Positions 48,522 to 57,638 of a DNA stretch of 64,000 nucleotides are shown here, piece by piece (the stretch's first letter is position 1; every line of letters starts with the position of its first letter). The notes below the pieces were generated by a model. The model searched no databases. It was not told the DNA's origin and saw nothing but the letters and a program-made list of their open reading frames with translations. The translations under genes were made by a program, and so were the position numbers. Source of the stretch: an uncultured Taibaiella sp. (GTDB taxonomy: Bacteria > Bacteroidota > Bacteroidia > Chitinophagales > Chitinophagaceae); contig CALMWT010000012.1 of assembly GCA_937870855.1 (NCBI GenBank), positions 13,170 through 77,169 on the forward strand, in the 5' to 3' direction.

Positions 48522-48935
48522 ATGGAAATTTCGGTTTTCAATAAGGCTCATATACTCAATCTCCAGTCCATTGGCAATAGCAGGGAAGGTTATATTACAG
48601 TAGCCGAAGCCGGCAATAATATCCCCTTTGATGTTAAGCGTGTGTACTGGACTTACTATACGCCGCAGAACGTAATACGGGGTTTCCATGCTCATAAAGC
48701 TTTGCAACAGGTAATCTTTGCCGTGAGTGGAACGATCAGATTTATGGTAGAAGATTTGGAGGGTACAAGGCAAGATTTTCTTTTGAATGAACCCCATCAG
48801 GGTTTGTATTTACCACCATTTACCTGGCGCGAAATACAGTTTTCGCATAATGCGGTGTTGCTATGCCTGGCATCAGAGGTTTATGATGAGAGCGATTATA
48901 TAAGAGAGTACGACGAGTTTAAGAAGCATGCTTGA
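48522..48935 (+). CDS. FdtA/WxcM-type cupin, dTDP-4-keto-6-deoxyhexose 3,4-ketoisomerase
   Basis: 137 aa with PFDVKRVYWTYYTPQNVIRGFHAHKALQQVIFAVSGTIRFMVED (RG-H-A-H motif). Confidence 0.8.
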   Translation: MEISVFNKAHILNLQSIGNSREGYITVAEAGNNIPFDVKRVYWTYYTPQNVIRGFHAHKALQQVIFAVSGTIRFMVEDLEGTRQDFLLNEPHQGLYLPPFTWREIQFSHNAVLLCLASEVYDESDYIREYDEFKKHA

Positions 48936-49914
48936 GATTATAAGATATTCCGAGGCGGAACATCGTAAAGGTTGGGACGAGTTTATTTCGAGATCAGTAA
49001 ATGGAAATTTCCTTCACAGCCGGGCATTTTACGACCATAATCCCGCAAATAGTGAGGATGATTGCTCTTTTCTTTTTTTCAAGAAAAATAAAATAGTAGC
49101 TGTGGTACCCGCTTGTTTGCTACACAAAGAAGACAAGGTGGTATTTCAGTCCCATCCTCGCTCTACTTTTGGAGGGTTCGTAATGGGAACAGAGATCGGA
49201 ACAGTAGAAGCAGTGGAGCTGGTAGGGTTGCTGATCGCTGAGAGCAAAACCTTGGGCGCAAAGGAAATAATAGTTAGAAATCCTTTTCGCATTTTAAATA
49301 ACAGGTTAGCCGATGAAACCGATTATGCAATGTGGTATCATGGGTTTTCATTACTATCTCGTGAGTTGGAGATTGCTATAGAACTACAACCTTCGGTGGA
49401 AATAATTGAGAAACGATTTGAGAATGGAACGAAGTATAACATCAAGAAAGCTGAAAAATCTGTAGCAACCAGATTAACTGACGATTTTGAAACCTTCTGG
49501 AATATGCTGGAGAAAAACCTTTCCGATAAGCATGGAAAAAAGCCTGTCCATTCATTAGCGGATATTTTGCGTTTACGTCAGTTGGTAGGTGAAGAAAATG
49601 TATTGCTGTTTGGTGGATATACAGAAGGTAAAATGATTTGCGGAACTGTAGTTTTTAAATTTGGTAACAGAGCGCTTCACGCACAGTATATCGCTTCAGA
49701 TTTTGCCTACCAGGAATTGCGAGCCATTAATGCTGTAACACACTACATCATAAAGTGGGGACACGAACAGGGCTTTCAATATTACAACCTCGGCACTGCA
49801 AATGAAGGAGGAAAAGTAATTAATGAGGGTTTGTTTCATTTCAAAGAAAGCTTCGGTGGGCGTGGTGTGCTAAGAGAAACGATGCACTTAATTTTATACA
49901 AGAATGAAAACTAA
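48928..49914 (+). CDS. FemAB-like / GNAT-fold acyltransferase (Acetyltransf_6-like)
   Basis: 328 aa. C-terminal ALHAQYIASDFAYQELRAINAVTHYIIKWGHEQGFQYYNLG...GLFHFKESFGG resembles the FemAB/BioF2-like GNAT family. Assignment made by eye only. Confidence 0.45.
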   Translation: MLEIIRYSEAEHRKGWDEFISRSVNGNFLHSRAFYDHNPANSEDDCSFLFFKKNKIVAVVPACLLHKEDKVVFQSHPRSTFGGFVMGTEIGTVEAVELVGLLIAESKTLGAKEIIVRNPFRILNNRLADETDYAMWYHGFSLLSRELEIAIELQPSVEIIEKRFENGTKYNIKKAEKSVATRLTDDFETFWNMLEKNLSDKHGKKPVHSLADILRLRQLVGEENVLLFGGYTEGKMICGTVVFKFGNRALHAQYIASDFAYQELRAINAVTHYIIKWGHEQGFQYYNLGTANEGGKVINEGLFHFKESFGGRGVLRETMHLILYKNEN

Positions 49915-50587
49915 AAAGCTGGTGATTTACGGCATTGGGGAAACCGCCGATATTGCCTACGAATATTTTACCTACGATTCAGATTATGAAGTAGTAGCTT
50001 TTACTGTGGATAATGAATACCGGAAAGAAGAAACACATTTGGGTTTGCCGGTTATTGATTTTGCGGAAATAACCAATCACTTTCCACCCAATGAGGTGGA
50101 AATGTTCGCGGCTTCAACGTACAACAAACTGAATAGGGTACGAACTAAAATGTTCAATGCCGCTAAAGCAAAAGGATACAAATGTGCTAACTACATCAGT
50201 TCAAAGGCATTTGTTTGGCGTAATGTTACAATAGGTGAGAACGTAATGATCTTTGAAAACAATGTGATACAGCATCTCGTGAAAATCGGTAACAATGTAG
50301 TGCTGTGGAGTGGCAATCATGTAGGTCATCAAACGGTGATAGAGGACAATGTTTATTTATCGTCTCACTGTGTTATTTCGGGTTTTTGCGTAATCGGAAG
50401 CAATTCTTTTCTAGGTGTCAACTGCACTTTCAACGATTATATAAAACTGGGGCGGGACAATATTGTAGGAAGCGGAGCGCTAATAGTAAAAGATACCGAG
50501 GACGGGAAATTAATGATAGGCAGTCCCGCAAAGCCTGCTGCGAAGAGTAGCTTTGAAGCGTTTAACGTTCCGGCAGAAATGATATGA
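49904..50587 (+). CDS. NeuD/PglB/VioB-family sugar N-acyltransferase, copy 2
   Basis: KKLVIYGIGETADIA and IGNNVVLWSGNHVGHQTVIEDNVYLSSHCVISGFCVIGSNSFLGVNC. About half the residues match copy 1 by eye. Confidence 0.8.
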   Translation: MKTKKLVIYGIGETADIAYEYFTYDSDYEVVAFTVDNEYRKEETHLGLPVIDFAEITNHFPPNEVEMFAASTYNKLNRVRTKMFNAAKAKGYKCANYISSKAFVWRNVTIGENVMIFENNVIQHLVKIGNNVVLWSGNHVGHQTVIEDNVYLSSHCVISGFCVIGSNSFLGVNCTFNDYIKLGRDNIVGSGALIVKDTEDGKLMIGSPAKPAAKSSFEAFNVPAEMI

Positions 50588-51510
50588 TGCACTGGGAGAA
50601 AAAAGGTTTGATATTTAATCCGGAAGGACTGGGCGGCTGGCGCGACAATACTTTTATAACGCCCACACCTTGTCTGCTTACGCCGGAAGTGATACGAGTT
50701 TTCGGTGGTTTCCGCGATAAGGAGGGCATTAGTCGAATCGGTTATATAGATCTAAAAGCAGAAAATCCGAAAGAGATAATCTCAATTTCCTCAAAGCCTG
50801 TTCTCGATATTGGTAAGGAAGGAATGTTTGATGATAACGGAGTGATTCTTGGTTCTGTGATAAAGAACGGCGAGGAACTTTGGATGTACTATGTAGGTTT
50901 TCAACTCGTGAAAAAGGTGAAATTTCTTGCTTTTTCCGGATTGGCAATCAGCAGCGATAATGGCGAAAGTTTTCGAAGAATTTCAGATACTCCTGTTCTC
51001 GATCGTTATGCAGATGAACATTACATAAGAGCCATACATACGGTCATTAAGGAAAAGGATCGTTTCAGGATATGGTATTCTGCAGGAAACAGGTGGGAGA
51101 TTATCAACGCTATTCCTTATCCCCAGTATAAGATCATGTACACAGAATCTGCCGATGGTATTAACATGCCGGTGGGTAAAGGGATAAATTGTGTGGATGT
51201 TGTAAACGATGAATACAGGATCGGCAGACCAACCGTTTTTATTGAAAACGGATTACACAAAATGTTTTACACAAAAGACACTCTTTCTAAGATATACAGC
51301 GCCGGCTATGCAGAATCAAAAGATGGATTAATTTGGGAAAGAAAAGAGGATTTATTTCATCTTCCACTTTCAGAAACAGGCTGGGATTCGCAAACCATTT
51401 GCTACCCCGTGCCGCTCAAAACTAACTACGGACACTATCTGTTTTATTCAGGAAATAACATGGGGCAAAGCGGTGTTGGCTATGCCCAATTAAGCTTACA
51501 AAACAGATAA
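50584..51510 (+). CDS. uncharacterised predicted beta-propeller protein, copy 2
   Basis: 308 aa. Shares W-KKGLI N-terminus, KNGEE/KNGDK, GYAESKDGLIWERK and GWDSQTICYP with copy 1. ATGA overlap with the upstream acyltransferase. Confidence 0.5.
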   Translation: MMHWEKKGLIFNPEGLGGWRDNTFITPTPCLLTPEVIRVFGGFRDKEGISRIGYIDLKAENPKEIISISSKPVLDIGKEGMFDDNGVILGSVIKNGEELWMYYVGFQLVKKVKFLAFSGLAISSDNGESFRRISDTPVLDRYADEHYIRAIHTVIKEKDRFRIWYSAGNRWEIINAIPYPQYKIMYTESADGINMPVGKGINCVDVVNDEYRIGRPTVFIENGLHKMFYTKDTLSKIYSAGYAESKDGLIWERKEDLFHLPLSETGWDSQTICYPVPLKTNYGHYLFYSGNNMGQSGVGYAQLSLQNR

Positions 51511-51514
51511 AATT

Positions 51515-52339
51515 ATGAATACAGCTACGCTTAAAATGCATGGCATCCGGGAAATAAACCGGGTGCAAAATGATGTAGATGCTATAGTAGAGGAGATAGA
51601 GATCAATGGCTACGTGGTGGTGGAAAGCGGTTACGATGAAGAAAAACTCGCTCAACTCCGCACAAAAATTGACGCAATCTATCAGACACAAATAACGGAA
51701 TTGGGTGGAGAACAAAATCTGAAAGCCATTAACGATGCCAATGTCGCAAGACATTTACTGGCTTATGATGATGAGTTTTTGGATCTGGCAACGCATCCTG
51801 TAGTTGACGCTGTGGTTTCAAAATTGCTGGGAGAGTTTTATGTATTGATGTCGCAGAATGCGCTTATCAATATGCCGAGTAATGATCACTACCAAACTAC
51901 CTGGCACCGGGACTTAAACTATCAACATTTTGTTTCCAGCCGTCCGCTGGCAATAAGTATTCTGTATTGTATTGATCCTTTTTCGGAAGAAACAGGCGGC
52001 ACATACATACTTTCTGGAACCCATAAAATCGAAAAGTTTCCGTCTGAAGGGTTCATTAATAAATTCCAGAAAGTAGTAGCCGCGCCCGCAGGTTCTATCA
52101 TTCTTTTTGATGCAATGTTATTTCATCGGGCAGGCAGTAATTCGTCTAACATAATCCGCCGCGCCGTCAATCACATTTTTACTGCACCATTCATTTTGCA
52201 GCAAATTAGTTTCCCAAAAATGTTGGGCGATCGTTTTAACGACAACCCCCGACTAAGAAAAATGCTGGGCTATGAGTCCCAAATCCCCGACAATGTTACT
52301 GCCTGGAGAACTAGCAAACTTGACAAACTTAAACCTTAA
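51515..52339 (+). CDS. PhyH-family Fe(II)/2-oxoglutarate dioxygenase
   Basis: WHRDLNY (HxD), GGTYILSGTHK, LFHRAGSN (distal His and Arg). Confidence 0.75.
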   Translation: MNTATLKMHGIREINRVQNDVDAIVEEIEINGYVVVESGYDEEKLAQLRTKIDAIYQTQITELGGEQNLKAINDANVARHLLAYDDEFLDLATHPVVDAVVSKLLGEFYVLMSQNALINMPSNDHYQTTWHRDLNYQHFVSSRPLAISILYCIDPFSEETGGTYILSGTHKIEKFPSEGFINKFQKVVAAPAGSIILFDAMLFHRAGSNSSNIIRRAVNHIFTAPFILQQISFPKMLGDRFNDNPRLRKMLGYESQIPDNVTAWRTSKLDKLKP

Positions 52340-52340
52340 A

Positions 52341-53480
52341 ATGACCGATCGTTTAAATGCTGTTTTAGCAGCCACAGATACGAATAGACGACAAAGCGAG
52401 CTCTCCAAATTTTGTAAAACATCGGATGTTGTTTTGTACGGTGCAGGTCTTACAGGAAAACATATTCTTACTAATTTGCTCGCACATGGTATCAGACCGC
52501 TCTTTATTGCTGACGATACTCCTGCCAAACAGTTTACAGAAATAGAAGGGATCAAGATTGTACCGCTTGCACATCTTGAAACTATCACTCAGCCTTATGC
52601 TTTGGTAGTAACAATGCTTAATCCACAAATGGATTTTCATCGGTTAAGTGTTTCCCTAAACGAAAGAGGAATAAGAAACGTGTATTCCTTCATCGAACTT
52701 TCTTTCTTGTTTCCTGAAAGTTTGCTCCCTTATTTTCATTTTGGATCAAGAGAAGATTTATTGCAGGATACAAATGCTATAAAACAGGCTTTCGATCTTT
52801 TTACCGACCAGCTTTCCAAAGATATTTTCATCAAAAATCTTGACTTCCGAATCACATTGGATTTTGCAAAAATTCCATTGGGAGATAAAGACGATTATTT
52901 TCCAGAGTCTGTAGTTCAGGTGCCTGACCAGTCTGTTTTTTTTGACTGTGGCGCTTTCAATGGAGATACAGTGAACGCCTTCATTCAGAAGCATCCGAAG
53001 TTTGACAAGATCTATGCATTTGAGCCTGATGCGGGAAATTTTAATAAACTACTTCAATATTGTGCAGGTCTGAATGAAGAAATCTCCGAAAGGATTTTCG
53101 TGTATAATTTTGGTTTGAGTGCACAGCATCGCTTTTTAAAATTCAATTCGTTGGGTAATATGGCATCTTCAATAGATGATGCGGGAAACGAAGTGATCCA
53201 AACAATTCATCTCGATAGTTTTCTTCCTTCATTCGACGGTTACAACAATAGCATTTTCATAAAAATGGATATTGAAGGTGAAGAGCCAAATGCCCTTCGG
53301 GGATGTGAGCAACTTATCAGAAATAAGAAACCACATCTGGCTATTAGTGCCTACCATAATGTAGATGATCTTTGGCGCATCCCCCTTTATCTGCATAGCC
53401 TCCATTCCTCCTACCGTTTTTATTTGCGCCAGCATGGTAATGACAGCATGGACCTTGTGCTCTATGCTATTGCCAGTTAG
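52341..53480 (+). CDS. FkbM-family methyltransferase with N-terminal Rossmann-like extension
   Basis: I prefer the ATG at 52341, one nt after the PhyH stop. [14 protein letters not shown], then [12 protein letters not shown]...IYAFEP...[15 protein letters not shown]. Confidence 0.8.
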   Translation: MTDRLNAVLAATDTNRRQSELSKFCKTSDVVLYGAGLTGKHILTNLLAHGIRPLFIADDTPAKQFTEIEGIKIVPLAHLETITQPYALVVTMLNPQMDFHRLSVSLNERGIRNVYSFIELSFLFPESLLPYFHFGSREDLLQDTNAIKQAFDLFTDQLSKDIFIKNLDFRITLDFAKIPLGDKDDYFPESVVQVPDQSVFFDCGAFNGDTVNAFIQKHPKFDKIYAFEPDAGNFNKLLQYCAGLNEEISERIFVYNFGLSAQHRFLKFNSLGNMASSIDDAGNEVIQTIHLDSFLPSFDGYNNSIFIKMDIEGEEPNALRGCEQLIRNKKPHLAISAYHNVDDLWRIPLYLHSLHSSYRFYLRQHGNDSMDLVLYAIAS

Positions 53481-53509
53481 CCTCCTTCTCTTTTAATCCC
53501 AGTTTCAGA

Positions 53510-54610
53510 ATGCCAATTTTATTTCTTGATCTTAAGACTATTAATCTTCGCCATAAAGCGGAGTACCAACAAACATTTGATGAAATACTGGAAAGCGGTT
53601 GGTTCATTTTAGGTGAAAAACTCAAAGCGTTTGAAAAGGAATTTGCGGACTATTGTGGCACTAAACACTGCATAGGCGTAGCAAATGGATTAGATGCGCT
53701 GATTTTGATTCTTGAAGCCTATAAATTGCTGGGATTTATGACGGAAGGTGATGAGGTAATTGTGCCGTCCCATACCTACATTGCTTCTATTTTGGCTGTG
53801 TCCAAAGCCGGATTGATTCCTGTTCCCGTTGAGTCTTTTGAAGATACTGCACTGATTAATCCTGACGAGATTCGCAAGAAAATTACCAGCAAAACGAAAG
53901 CAATATTACCGGTACATCTGTACGGTCAAATTTGTGAGATGGATGCCATCAATAAAATTGCTCAGAAACATGGACTAAAAGTGATTGAAGATTCTGCACA
54001 ATCTCACGGTGCGATGTATAAAGGTAAACGTTCCGGTAATCTTGGCGATGCGAGTGGTTTTAGTTTTTACCCCGGCAAAAATCTTGGCGCCTTAGGTGAT
54101 GGTGGCGCAATAACTACCAATAATGATCAGCTCGCAGAAGCATTGAAAGCATTGAGAAATTATGGGTCTCACATAAAATATCAAAACCTTTACAAAGGAA
54201 TCAACAGCCGGCTTGATGAGTTTCAGGCAGCCTTTCTTTCTGTAAAATTGAAATGTCTTGATAGCGACAACGCGAGGCGCAGAACCATTGCCGGGATGTA
54301 TCTCAATCGCATCAATAATTCAGCTATTATTTTGCCAAGAGTAATGAATGACGAAGGACATGTTTGGCATTGCTTTACAGTGCGCACAGGCGACAGAAAA
54401 AGATTTCAGGACTACTTGACCTCATGCGATATTCAAACAGTTATCCACTATCCGGTGCCACCGCATAAGCAGCCGGCATACAAAGAATGGGCTTCGCTTT
54501 CATTTCCTATTGCAGAACGCATTCACGAACAGATCATTTCTCTTCCTATCTCGCCAGTGATGAGTGATGAGGAAGTAGAAAAAGTAATAGCAGCGGTTAA
54601 CGCTTTTTAG
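53510..54610 (+). CDS. DegT/DnrJ/EryC1-family PLP aminotransferase (FdtB/QdtB-like 3-aminotransferase)
   Basis: [32 protein letters not shown]-Lys context [21 protein letters not shown]. An FdtA-like gene lies in the same block. Confidence 0.85.
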   Translation: MPILFLDLKTINLRHKAEYQQTFDEILESGWFILGEKLKAFEKEFADYCGTKHCIGVANGLDALILILEAYKLLGFMTEGDEVIVPSHTYIASILAVSKAGLIPVPVESFEDTALINPDEIRKKITSKTKAILPVHLYGQICEMDAINKIAQKHGLKVIEDSAQSHGAMYKGKRSGNLGDASGFSFYPGKNLGALGDGGAITTNNDQLAEALKALRNYGSHIKYQNLYKGINSRLDEFQAAFLSVKLKCLDSDNARRRTIAGMYLNRINNSAIILPRVMNDEGHVWHCFTVRTGDRKRFQDYLTSCDIQTVIHYPVPPHKQPAYKEWASLSFPIAERIHEQIISLPISPVMSDEEVEKVIAAVNAF

Positions 54611-54611
54611 A

Positions 54612-55586
54612 ATGGATTTGAAAAAGAAGGATTGGCCATTAGTGTCGGTTATAACGCTATGTTACAACAGTGGGAAGTATGTGGTAGAAGCACTTGAATG
54701 TGTACAACGACAGAACTATCCCAATTTGCAACACATTCTTATTGACGATTGTTCTACCGACGACTCTGCGGCAGTATTGAAGCATTGGATTGACGAGAAT
54801 AATTATTCCTGTGATTTCACTGTTCATAAAGTAAATCAGGGAGTTCAGTCTTCGTTGAAAGAAGCTTTTGCAAAAGTAAAAGGGAAATATTGGGTGGGCA
54901 TATCCGATGACCTATGGGTGGAGAATCGTCTGCTGGAAGACGTAGCGCTTTTTGAAAGTCTGGATGAATCTTATGCGATGATCTATGGCGACACAAGCAT
55001 GATTGATAAGGACAACAACATCATTGCGCCTTCTATGTTTGAAGAGCTTAGAGGTAAAAATTATACACCCCCTACCGGCAATATCTTTCGGGATGTAGTG
55101 TTCGATTTTTATTTTTTTATTCAGTCCAGCATCATTTCTCAAAAGCATTTTTTAGAGATGAACTATGCGTTTTCCGATAGTATTATTTCGGAAGATTGGG
55201 CTTGGCAGTTATGGCTCTCACGAAATTATAAAGTTCTGGGCTTGCCACAGGTGAGGTCTTACTATCGTCGGCTGGATACATCAATCACCCAAACAAACTG
55301 GACACGCGACAGAAAACATACTGTTCTTATTTCTCATTTTGAGATGATGGCTCCTTATTACGATCATCCCAAAAACACCGATGAAGAAAAGCTCATCATT
55401 TACCATCGTTTGCTACGGATATATGACGACATAAGTGAGCTTCCGAATTTTAGCCGGAAGGATGAATTGCGTATGATGTGGAACCTGTTTCGCTACACAC
55501 GTAAGCGATATGCACTTCGAAGAATAGTTCGCGCATTAATCACGGGACGAACAAGGCCAGAATCCACACAGATAGCTTCGGTATAA
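54612..55586 (+). CDS. glycosyltransferase family 2
   Basis: VSVITLCYNSGKYVVEALECVQRQNYPNLQHILIDDCSTDDS...ISDDL. Confidence 0.85.
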   Translation: MDLKKKDWPLVSVITLCYNSGKYVVEALECVQRQNYPNLQHILIDDCSTDDSAAVLKHWIDENNYSCDFTVHKVNQGVQSSLKEAFAKVKGKYWVGISDDLWVENRLLEDVALFESLDESYAMIYGDTSMIDKDNNIIAPSMFEELRGKNYTPPTGNIFRDVVFDFYFFIQSSIISQKHFLEMNYAFSDSIISEDWAWQLWLSRNYKVLGLPQVRSYYRRLDTSITQTNWTRDRKHTVLISHFEMMAPYYDHPKNTDEEKLIIYHRLLRIYDDISELPNFSRKDELRMMWNLFRYTRKRYALRRIVRALITGRTRPESTQIASV

Positions 55587-55594
55587 ACTATTTA

Positions 55595-56446
55595 TTGTTG
55601 GTTATTACTTCTTTTACCGGTGGCTTAGGCAATCAACTTTTTCAATACGCTTTTGGAAAGCAACTTGCAGCAGCAAATAAACAGCGACTTTACCTTGAGA
55701 TAGAGTCATATAAAACCGACTATCTCAACAGAAAATTTTTGTTAGATCGTTATAGTATTAACGCGCAATTTGTCTCGGAAACAGTTCAAAAAAGAATTCT
55801 TACAAAAGGAACTAAAGTAAATAGTTTGTTGAAGAGATTGGATTTGATACAAACGGTAGAAGAAAGCGGTTTTATCTTCCAGCCACAAGTAGCAACAGCA
55901 AATAAATGGATCAACTATTACAAAGGCTATTGGCAGAGCTACAAATATTTTGAAGAAATTCGCAGCTTACTGTTGAAAGAGTTTAGTTGCAAAACTGAAG
56001 GACTGGAAAAAGCGAAGCAGGAGATTTTCACAGGTGCCACGACTATCTCTATCCATATTCGCCGCAAGGATTATTTACACGATGATCGTTACGGATTTGT
56101 AGGAGAAAGTTATTATCGCGATGCTTTGCAATACTTGCAACAAAAGGATGTGCAAGGAAGTTACTTGATTTTTTCAGATGATATTGAGTGGTGCAAAACG
56201 TTCTTTTCAGACCTTGAAAATGTAACCTACATAGGAGATCGGTATGGATTAGAGGATTATGAAGAGCTTCAATTGATGGCAAACTGCGATCATCATATTA
56301 TTGCCAACAGTTCCTTTTCCTGGTGGGGCGCATGGCTTGGGAAAAACCCACATCAAATTGTTGTCAGGCCGGAACGTCCATTCCGTGAACCCTCACTTCT
56401 ATATGAGCATCATTATCCAACGCATTGGATAGCAGTGGCAAACTAA
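55595..56446 (+). CDS. GT11 alpha-1,2-fucosyltransferase
   Basis: GGLGNQLFQYAFGK, HIRRKDY, IANSSFSWWGAWLG. TTG start. Confidence 0.85.
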   Translation: MLVITSFTGGLGNQLFQYAFGKQLAAANKQRLYLEIESYKTDYLNRKFLLDRYSINAQFVSETVQKRILTKGTKVNSLLKRLDLIQTVEESGFIFQPQVATANKWINYYKGYWQSYKYFEEIRSLLLKEFSCKTEGLEKAKQEIFTGATTISIHIRRKDYLHDDRYGFVGESYYRDALQYLQQKDVQGSYLIFSDDIEWCKTFFSDLENVTYIGDRYGLEDYEELQLMANCDHHIIANSSFSWWGAWLGKNPHQIVVRPERPFREPSLLYEHHYPTHWIAVAN

Positions 56447-56449
56447 TTT

Positions 56450-57595
56450 ATGCAACCAAATTATCAGAAAGGCTACATGCCCCAGCTTGATACCTTGCGC
56501 GCTTTTGCGGTGTTGCTTGTTATTATTGCGCACTGGTTGCCAGCAGAAAATATACTGAACCGATACAGCAATAATGGCATTTCTGGTGTTACGCTCTTTT
56601 TTGTTCTTAGTGGGTTCTTAATAACAGGTATTCTACTGAAATCGAAGCAGCAGATCGAGGAAGGTGCTTCGGTGAAGCAGGCACTCAAAACATTTTATAT
56701 AAGAAGATCGCTAAGGATATTCCCCCTGTACTACCTTGTCATCATCATTGCCTGGCTATTTAACGAATCAAATATTCGGGATAATTTCTTGTGGCATTTC
56801 TTCTATGCTTCCAACTTTTACTTCTGGAAAGCCAATGACTGGCAGGGTCATCTTTCTCATCTTTGGTCACTTTCTGTAGAGGAGCAATTTTATATTTTTT
56901 GGCCGGCACTTGTTTTGTTTGTTCGGAGGAAATGGTTGCCGGCAATGTTTTGTGCCGCAATTATGGTGGCTATAATCTATAGACTTAAAACAAGAAGTCA
57001 GTGGAGCGATCTTGCCAGGTTTCTGACGCCGGGCAGTCTCGACTCTTTCGGACTGGGAGCCTTGCTGGCATACGGAAAAATTTTTCGCCCCAGATGGTTT
57101 GACTTTTTATATAGCTCCCGAAACTCTCTCACTTTCCTTGGGGCGCTTTTTTTCATTTTCGCCCCTTTAGCACTTGGAAAACTGTCAACAGACTTTCACG
57201 TCTACAGCTTTTGGTTTTATGGAATTTATTTCCCGGCTATTTCTTTCTTTTTTGCGCTACTCATCTGGCATGCCTCAGATGGTATCAGCAACAAAGTTGC
57301 TGCGCCGGTGCTTAATAATCGTGGTTTGATTTTTCTAGGTAAGATCAGTTATGGATTATATCTTCTGCATAATTTCGTCCCTCCTTTCGAAGGTATATCC
57401 TACCCTTCCCTCTTGCAGCCTTTCGCATTTGTCCTTACACACTTATTTAGACTAGCGTTCTTAACTGGGATTTGCGCTCTTTCGTGGTATGTCTTCGAAA
57501 AGCCGATCCTGCGGCTGAAATCTCTATTTGAATACAGCAACAAAAAGAAAAACGTTTCCATAGCGCCATCTACTGTTCTTACAGGCACCAACTAA
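56450..57595 (+). CDS. acyltransferase family 3 membrane O-acyltransferase (OafA-like), copy 1
   Basis: LDTLRAFAVLLVIIAHW, FFVLSGFLITG, RRSLRIFPLYY, HLWSLSVEEQFYIFWP; polytopic. Confidence 0.88.
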   Translation: MQPNYQKGYMPQLDTLRAFAVLLVIIAHWLPAENILNRYSNNGISGVTLFFVLSGFLITGILLKSKQQIEEGASVKQALKTFYIRRSLRIFPLYYLVIIIAWLFNESNIRDNFLWHFFYASNFYFWKANDWQGHLSHLWSLSVEEQFYIFWPALVLFVRRKWLPAMFCAAIMVAIIYRLKTRSQWSDLARFLTPGSLDSFGLGALLAYGKIFRPRWFDFLYSSRNSLTFLGALFFIFAPLALGKLSTDFHVYSFWFYGIYFPAISFFFALLIWHASDGISNKVAAPVLNNRGLIFLGKISYGLYLLHNFVPPFEGISYPSLLQPFAFVLTHLFRLAFLTGICALSWYVFEKPILRLKSLFEYSNKKKNVSIAPSTVLTGTN

Positions 57596-57638
57596 TAATA
57601 ATCTGGAAAAGTATAAACAACCTGATGGATTAAGGGGA

